Positions 59,617 to 64,000 of a stretch of DNA of 64,000 nucleotides are shown piece by piece. Source of the stretch: an uncultured Candidatus Saccharibacteria bacterium (GTDB lineage Bacteria; Patescibacteriota; Minisyncoccia; Phycocordibacterales; JAKAEA01); contig CAZNZK010000002.1 in NCBI GenBank assembly GCA_964577595.1, positions 86,163 to 150,162 of the forward strand. The letters are read 5' to 3'. The notes under the pieces were generated by a model. That model did no database searches. It was not told the origin of the DNA and saw nothing but the letters and a program-made list of their open reading frames with translations. Each line of letters starts with the position of its first letter. Position 1 is the first letter of the stretch. The translations under genes and the position numbers were made by a program.

Positions 59617-61146
59617 TTAGCGAGCAAATTCAATGATGCGGGACTCTCGGATGACTACAACTTTGATTTCTCCAGGATATTTGAGCTCTTTTTCTATTTG
59701 TAGAGCGATATTGCGGGCCATATTTCGTGCTTCTACATCGGAAACTTCAGCGGGGGTGACAAAAACGCGGATTTCACGGCCGGCTTGGAGAGCGTAGGCC
59801 TTCTCAACTCCTTTCATGTGGGTGGCGATGGATTCCAGCTCTTCAAGGCGCTTTAAATAGTTCTCCATAGTGTCGCGGCGAGCACCGGGGCGGGAACCGG
59901 AGATAGCGTCGGCCGTTTGCACGATCATTGACTCAATAGTTTCGTAGGGGTATTCGCCGTGATGGGCCTGCATAGCCTTAATAACAGCTTCATCAACGCC
60001 AAATTTCTGGAGAATGCGACGACCGATTTCAACGTGGGTGCCCTGAACTTCATGGTCAAGAGCTTTGCCGATGTCGTGGACGAGGGCGCCGGCTTTAGCG
60101 ACGGCGACGTTGGCGCCGAGCTCCTCAGCAATCATTCCGGCAACGTGGGCCATTTCTACAGAGTGTTGAAGTACGTTCTGGCCGTAGCTGGTGCGGAAAT
60201 AGAGGCGGCCGAGGATGGAAATAACCCGTGGATCAAGGTTGAATACGCCAGTTTCATAGGCGGCTTGCTCCCCCTTCTCTTTAATAGTTTTATTAATTTC
60301 CCCCTTAGCTTTTTCCACCATTTCTTCAATTTTTACGGGCTGAATACGGCCGTCAGCGATGAGGTACTCTAAAGCCATAACGGCGGTGTGGCGGCGGATA
60401 GGGTTAAAGGAGGAAATGGTAATAGTGCCGGGAGTGTCGTCAACAATAACTTCAACGCCTGTGGCGCGCTCAAAGGCCTTAATGTTGCGGCCTTCTTTGC
60501 CGATGATTTTCCCTTTAATTTCATCGCCCGGAATAGCCAGGGTGGTGGACATGATATCGGAAGGAATACTGCCGGCGATGCGCTGAATAGATGTGGCAAG
60601 GATTTCCTGGGCTCGATGCTCAATTTTTTCCTCGCTCTGGCTTTCAAGCTTTTGCATGCGCACGGAAATATCTTCCTGAGATTCACGCTCAAGCTTTGCA
60701 AGAATCTCATTTTTTGCCTCCTCGCGGCTCATTCCCGCAACTTTTTCCAGCTCGGCCATTTTGGCGGCATTCATCTGCTCTACTTTTTCGCGGATAGTTT
60801 TTACCTCGGTAATTTTCACTTTGAGGCTTTCTACTTCAGCGTCAATGTCGCCTTGGCGCTTATCCAAAAGCTCCTCTTTTTTAATGAGGCGTTCTTCGGT
60901 TTTTTTCAGACCCTCCTCTTTTGTTTTCGCTTCGGCGCGAACTTCGCGAAGGGTGTCGATGGATTTCTTTTCGGCTTCAGCACTGATTTTTTTAGCTTCT
61001 TCTTCCGCTTTGGAAAGGAGACGCTTTACTTCCAACTCAATTGAATTCTTCTTTGATAGGGAAACAAGGATACGTACAAAGTAGCCAGCGGCCGCCCCAA
61101 CGAGGACGGCAACCGAAGCTACTTCGGCAATTAATCGTAATGGCAT
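59617..61146 (-). CDS. rny: Ribonuclease Y
   Basis: N-terminal TM, coiled coil, KH (KGKIIGKEGRNI), RTSYGQNVL, HD (HDIGKA). Confidence 0.96.
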   Translation of the reverse strand: MPLRLIAEVASVAVLVGAAAGYFVRILVSLSKKNSIELEVKRLLSKAEEEAKKISAEAEKKSIDTLREVRAEAKTKEEGLKKTEERLIKKEELLDKRQGDIDAEVESLKVKITEVKTIREKVEQMNAAKMAELEKVAGMSREEAKNEILAKLERESQEDISVRMQKLESQSEEKIEHRAQEILATSIQRIAGSIPSDIMSTTLAIPGDEIKGKIIGKEGRNIKAFERATGVEVIVDDTPGTITISSFNPIRRHTAVMALEYLIADGRIQPVKIEEMVEKAKGEINKTIKEKGEQAAYETGVFNLDPRVISILGRLYFRTSYGQNVLQHSVEMAHVAGMIAEELGANVAVAKAGALVHDIGKALDHEVQGTHVEIGRRILQKFGVDEAVIKAMQAHHGEYPYETIESMIVQTADAISGSRPGARRDTMENYLKRLEELESIATHMKGVEKAYALQAGREIRVFVTPAEVSDVEARNMARNIALQIEKELKYPGEIKVVVIRESRIIEFAR

Positions 61147-61313
61147 ATGTCAAAACCGGCTTGTTTCGCGCTTATTTTGGGCAGTATTTGATATTCACAG
61201 TGTGTAATGGCATGTAGGGATGTGAGGTACTGAAAAATAGACAGGAAATGAGACCGGGGTAATTACTTTAGTAATAACCCAATCTTAAAGGAGAAATGAA
61301 GTTTTGTCTATAA

Positions 61314-61919
61314 CTAAATGATTTTGTCAACAATACCGTACTTTTTAGCTTCCTCGGCAGTCATAAAATAATCGCGATCAACATCCTTTTCAATTTTAGA
61401 AACGGGTTGGCTGGTGTTTTCGGCAAGGATTTTGTTGAGGCGTTCGCGAGTGCGGAGGATTTGCTTGGCAGTAATTTCAATATCAGCGGCCATACCTTCA
61501 GCGCCGCCGGAGGGTTGGTGAATCATAACCAGAGCATTGGGCAGAATGTGGCGCTTGCCTTTCTTACCAGCGGAAAGAAGCATAGCGCCCATTGAGGCGG
61601 CTATACCAACGCACACCGTAGAAACTTCAGGTTTAATATGGTTAATAGTGTCTAAAATTGCCAACCCTGCCGTTACCGAGCCACCGGGGGAGTTAATATA
61701 GAGCGAAATGTCTTTTTTAGAATCTTCCGATTGCAAGAAAAGAAGCTGGGCAATGATGATGTTGGCCAGAGTGTCATCAATAGGGCCACCAAGGAAAATA
61801 ATGCGCTCGCGCAGAAGGCGGGAGTAAATGTCATACGCACGCTCGCCAAACTGCGATTTTTCAATTACTGTGGGAATAAGGTAATTATTGTTGATTTGAT
61901 TGTTGTGTTCGGATTTCAT
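61314..61919 (-). CDS. clpP: ATP-dependent Clp protease proteolytic subunit
   Basis: [32 protein letters not shown]. Confidence 0.97.
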   Translation of the reverse strand: MKSEHNNQINNNYLIPTVIEKSQFGERAYDIYSRLLRERIIFLGGPIDDTLANIIIAQLLFLQSEDSKKDISLYINSPGGSVTAGLAILDTINHIKPEVSTVCVGIAASMGAMLLSAGKKGKRHILPNALVMIHQPSGGAEGMAADIEITAKQILRTRERLNKILAENTSQPVSKIEKDVDRDYFMTAEEAKKYGIVDKII

Positions 61920-61957
61920 AGGGTGCTACTATACCATTAATTAATAAAAATTCCACT

Positions 61958-62659
61958 ATGCGCCTTCACCGATTTTATGTGCCCAATACTGACTTTGCAG
62001 TAGGAAAGAAAGTAGAGCTTTCTGCCTCAGAGCACCTCCATCAATGGAAGAATGTGTTCCGCTTGGAAGTGGGGGACGAAATTGTCGTTTTTAATGGCGC
62101 CGAGGAAGCCGAATACCGCGCCAAGTTTGTGACGCTTTCAAAAACAGAAGCTGAATTGGAAATTCTTGAGAAGCGTGAGGTAGAAAAAGCAAAGAGGGAA
62201 GTCTCGCTTTACGTTGCTCTCATCAAGAAAGATCGTTTTGAATGGTTGGTGGAAAAAGCCACCGAGCTTGGGGTGGCTCGCATTTGCCCGGTTCTTTCCG
62301 AGCGTACGGAGGTGAAAGGCGTCAATAGTGAACGCGTGCAGAAAATTGCCATTGAAGCGGTAGAACAGTCGGGCCAGTGCCGTGTGCCGAGAATTGAGGA
62401 AATTGTTACTTTGAAAATTGCTTTAGAACAGGCAATAAATCCTTTTGTGTGTGATATTGGGGCGCAAACTGCCGCCAGCAGTTTTTCTGGCACCGAGCCC
62501 ATTAGTATTTTCATCGGCCCAGAAGGCGGCTGGTCGCCTGCGGAAAAGGCGCTTTTTACAGAGAAAAAAGTACCCACCATTTCCTTTGGCAAAAACACCT
62601 TGCGGGCGGAAACCGCAGCTCTAGTTAGCGCCGTTCTTGCTCTTGACATGAGTAGTTAA
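61958..62659 (+). CDS. rsmE: 16S rRNA m3U1498 methyltransferase
   Basis: EKATELGV, EAVEQS, IGPEGGW, TLRAETA. Confidence 0.94.
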   Translation: MRLHRFYVPNTDFAVGKKVELSASEHLHQWKNVFRLEVGDEIVVFNGAEEAEYRAKFVTLSKTEAELEILEKREVEKAKREVSLYVALIKKDRFEWLVEKATELGVARICPVLSERTEVKGVNSERVQKIAIEAVEQSGQCRVPRIEEIVTLKIALEQAINPFVCDIGAQTAASSFSGTEPISIFIGPEGGWSPAEKALFTEKKVPTISFGKNTLRAETAALVSAVLALDMSS

Positions 62660-62671
62660 TTATAGTATACT
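62643..62671 (+). promoter_or_regulatory. Sigma70-type promoter of the DGR target gene
   Basis: TTGACA (62643-62648), 17-nt spacer, TATACT (62666-62671); SD AAGGAG at 62746-62751. Confidence 0.7.
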
Positions 62672-62759
62672 AGTGAAAGCTAGATCTTTGAGATCATGCC
62701 ATGGTGAATGGGATGTTCCCGTTCCTGGCAAGTTGCTCCACTTACAAGGAGAATAGATT

Positions 62760-63437
62760 ATGGCGAAAGACATGATCGGCTCAATCACCCGGGCTCTCGT
62801 GGGTGTCCCCAATGAGTTTCATAGCGTCGTGCTTGACGTGGTGAACAACCTTTCTACCTCTGTCGAGCGTGCCGCATGGCACGCTCGACTCGAGGAAGTT
62901 CTCAGGGAGGGCTTGGTTGATGCGAAAGCATTGGTCAAAAATCTCTTTGAGAAAGTGCTGGAAGTCACCCTCCACGCATCCCCCGAAAAGCTCACGGCGG
63001 AGTGCTTTACCAACCGCTTGCGCTACTATCCCCGCGATGGCGACCTAGACAAGCGGCTCCCTAAGAGCCAACCAGCTCAAGCCAAGCAGGAGTTCCGAGC
63101 ACAGGAACTGACGCGGGAGGCCTCGTTTCTGGAGATGGTCAAAAACATCTTCAGTACCGACGGCACCGTCGCCAGCTACTCCAGGCTTCTCATTGAGGGC
63201 GGCCACATTGTGACCTTGCCTAAGATTGAGGAGCTCATTGATCGCCAAGAAGGTGGCGAAGATGTTGGTCTCAAAACCAACGGCTACGCCAACCTGTTCT
63301 TTGTTCTCAATGACGATGGAACGGTTTCCGTCGTCCGCGTGTTCCGCTGCGATGGGCAGTGGTACGTGCGCGTGTTCCGGCTTGACGACGCTCGCCGTTG
63401 GGACGCTGAGAGCCACGTGTTCCTTCGCAACTCTTGA
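62760..63437 (+). CDS. DGR target (variable) protein, 225 aa
   Basis: Codons 189-224 (VSVVRVFRCDGQWYVRVFRLDDARRWDAESHVFLRN) form the VR matching the downstream TR. Confidence 0.9.
   Translation: MAKDMIGSITRALVGVPNEFHSVVLDVVNNLSTSVERAAWHARLEEVLREGLVDAKALVKNLFEKVLEVTLHASPEKLTAECFTNRLRYYPRDGDLDKRLPKSQPAQAKQEFRAQELTREASFLEMVKNIFSTDGTVASYSRLLIEGGHIVTLPKIEELIDRQEGGEDVGLKTNGYANLFFVLNDDGTVSVVRVFRCDGQWYVRVFRLDDARRWDAESHVFLRNS
63324..63431 (+). repeat. DGR variable repeat (VR)
   Basis: 108 nt, ungapped to 63714-63821; 17 mismatches, all opposite TR adenines. Confidence 0.95.
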
Positions 63438-63470
63438 TTGACCCTTTGACACTCTGTCACTTGGTCCCTT

Positions 63471-63508
63471 AATACCCTCATTTTGACGAAAGGCAAAATG
63501 AGGGTATT
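63471..63508 (+). promoter_or_regulatory. DGR post-VR hairpin/cruciform
   Basis: 15-bp perfect stem AATACCCTCATTTTG / CAAAATGAGGGTATT with an ACGAAAGG loop (C-GAAA-G). Confidence 0.8.
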
Positions 63509-63713
63509 CTTTTATCTGTGAACACGCTGGCATCTGCGGTGAAAACTTCGGGTGGCGATGTTTCAGGTTTTTCTACCTGAGTAAAAAAGAAAAGGGTTGG
63601 TACAGCTCGCTAGGGCATAGAGATGCCGAATACGATTCAGCCCGGAGATTATCGCGATTATTTAGTCGGGGCATTCAATGGGTGGGGCGATATGGAAGGC
63701 GGGTTGTACATAT

Positions 63714-63821
63714 GTTTCCGTCGTCAACGTGAACCGCAACGATGGGCAGTGGAACGTGAACGTGAACCGGCTTGACAACGCTAACCGTTGGAACGCTGAG
63801 AACCACGTGTTCCTTCGAAAC
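63714..63821 (+). repeat. DGR template repeat (TR)
   Basis: AAC-rich copy of the VR (11 AAC codons in the VR frame); all 80 non-A positions are identical to the VR. Confidence 0.95.
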
Positions 63822-63840
63822 AATTTTCTTTCTTCCGTCT

Positions 63841-64000
63841 TTAGTGTAAGGCGGAAGTTTTGTTTTCCGAGTAATTTTTCCAGCCGACAAGCATCTTACT
63901 TGCCTCCACTAGTGTTTTTGAAATACGAAGATAGTGTTTGTCGTTAAGTATCTTACATTCCCAGGCTACCAATAGAAAAAACTTGGCAGAATCGTTGCCT
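63841..64000 (-). CDS. avd: Avd-like (four-helix bundle) DGR accessory protein, C-terminal fragment
   Basis: Absent from the ORF track. Manual translation from 63999 gives GNDSAKFFLLVAWECKILNDKHYLRISKTLVEASKMLVGWKNYSENKTSALH*, matching the Avd C-terminal pattern L.E.G.M.GGW. Confidence 0.8.
   Translation of the reverse strand, partial: GNDSAKFFLLVAWECKILNDKHYLRISKTLVEASKMLVGWKNYSENKTSALH

Larger units (their letters stand above)
62760..64000. mobile_element. Diversity-generating retroelement (partial; RT presumed beyond window)
   Basis: Target gene with VR, hairpin, TR with adenine-only mismatches, convergent avd-like ORF. Confidence 0.9.

Noticed and set aside
63678-63947. 89-aa + strand ORF resembling the DGR target C-terminus
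   Set aside because: It is the TR read in frame (Asn-rich because of AAC codons) and overlaps the avd-like gene antisense; it is not a paralogous gene.
1-64000. CRISPR array, rRNA, transposase or alternative genetic code
   Set aside because: I saw no regularly spaced repeats, rRNA or IS motifs. Conserved genes translate intact in code 11, Trp motifs use TGG, and TGA acts as a stop (for example at 63437).

Overview
This 64 kb window is bacterial chromosome spanning the replication origin (dnaN-dnaA / rpmH-rnpA-yidC). Gene content and style point to Patescibacteria (CPR), most likely Parcubacteria/Paceibacteria: compact housekeeping genes, a PilB-like ATPase, a PrgI/VirB4/VirB6-like secretion cluster, many Thr/Ser-rich secreted proteins, and extended -10 promoters directly upstream of start codons. 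That taxonomy is inferred, not database-confirmed. The window holds about 60 CDSs and 6 tRNAs. The strongest signal is at the right edge: a diversity-generating retroelement (DGR). Its 225-aa target gene has a 108-nt 3' variable repeat (63324-63431) that differs from a template repeat 390 nt downstream (63714-63821) at 17 positions, all opposite template adenines. The DGR also has a GAAA-loop hairpin after the VR, a structured leader before the TR, and the C-terminus of a convergent avd-like gene cut by the window end; its reverse transcriptase is not in the window. Other notable items are an unassigned ~190-nt multi-hairpin RNA with mutually exclusive stems upstream of ruvB, a tRNA-flanked block (PLP synthase, active-site-altered PanD-like decarboxylase, CofE-like ligase), an oriC with a DnaA-box/DnaA-trio module, a relaxase-less T4SS-like cluster, and an HTH/LAGLIDADG-like gene abutting tRNA-Gly. 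All product calls come from motif recognition by eye.
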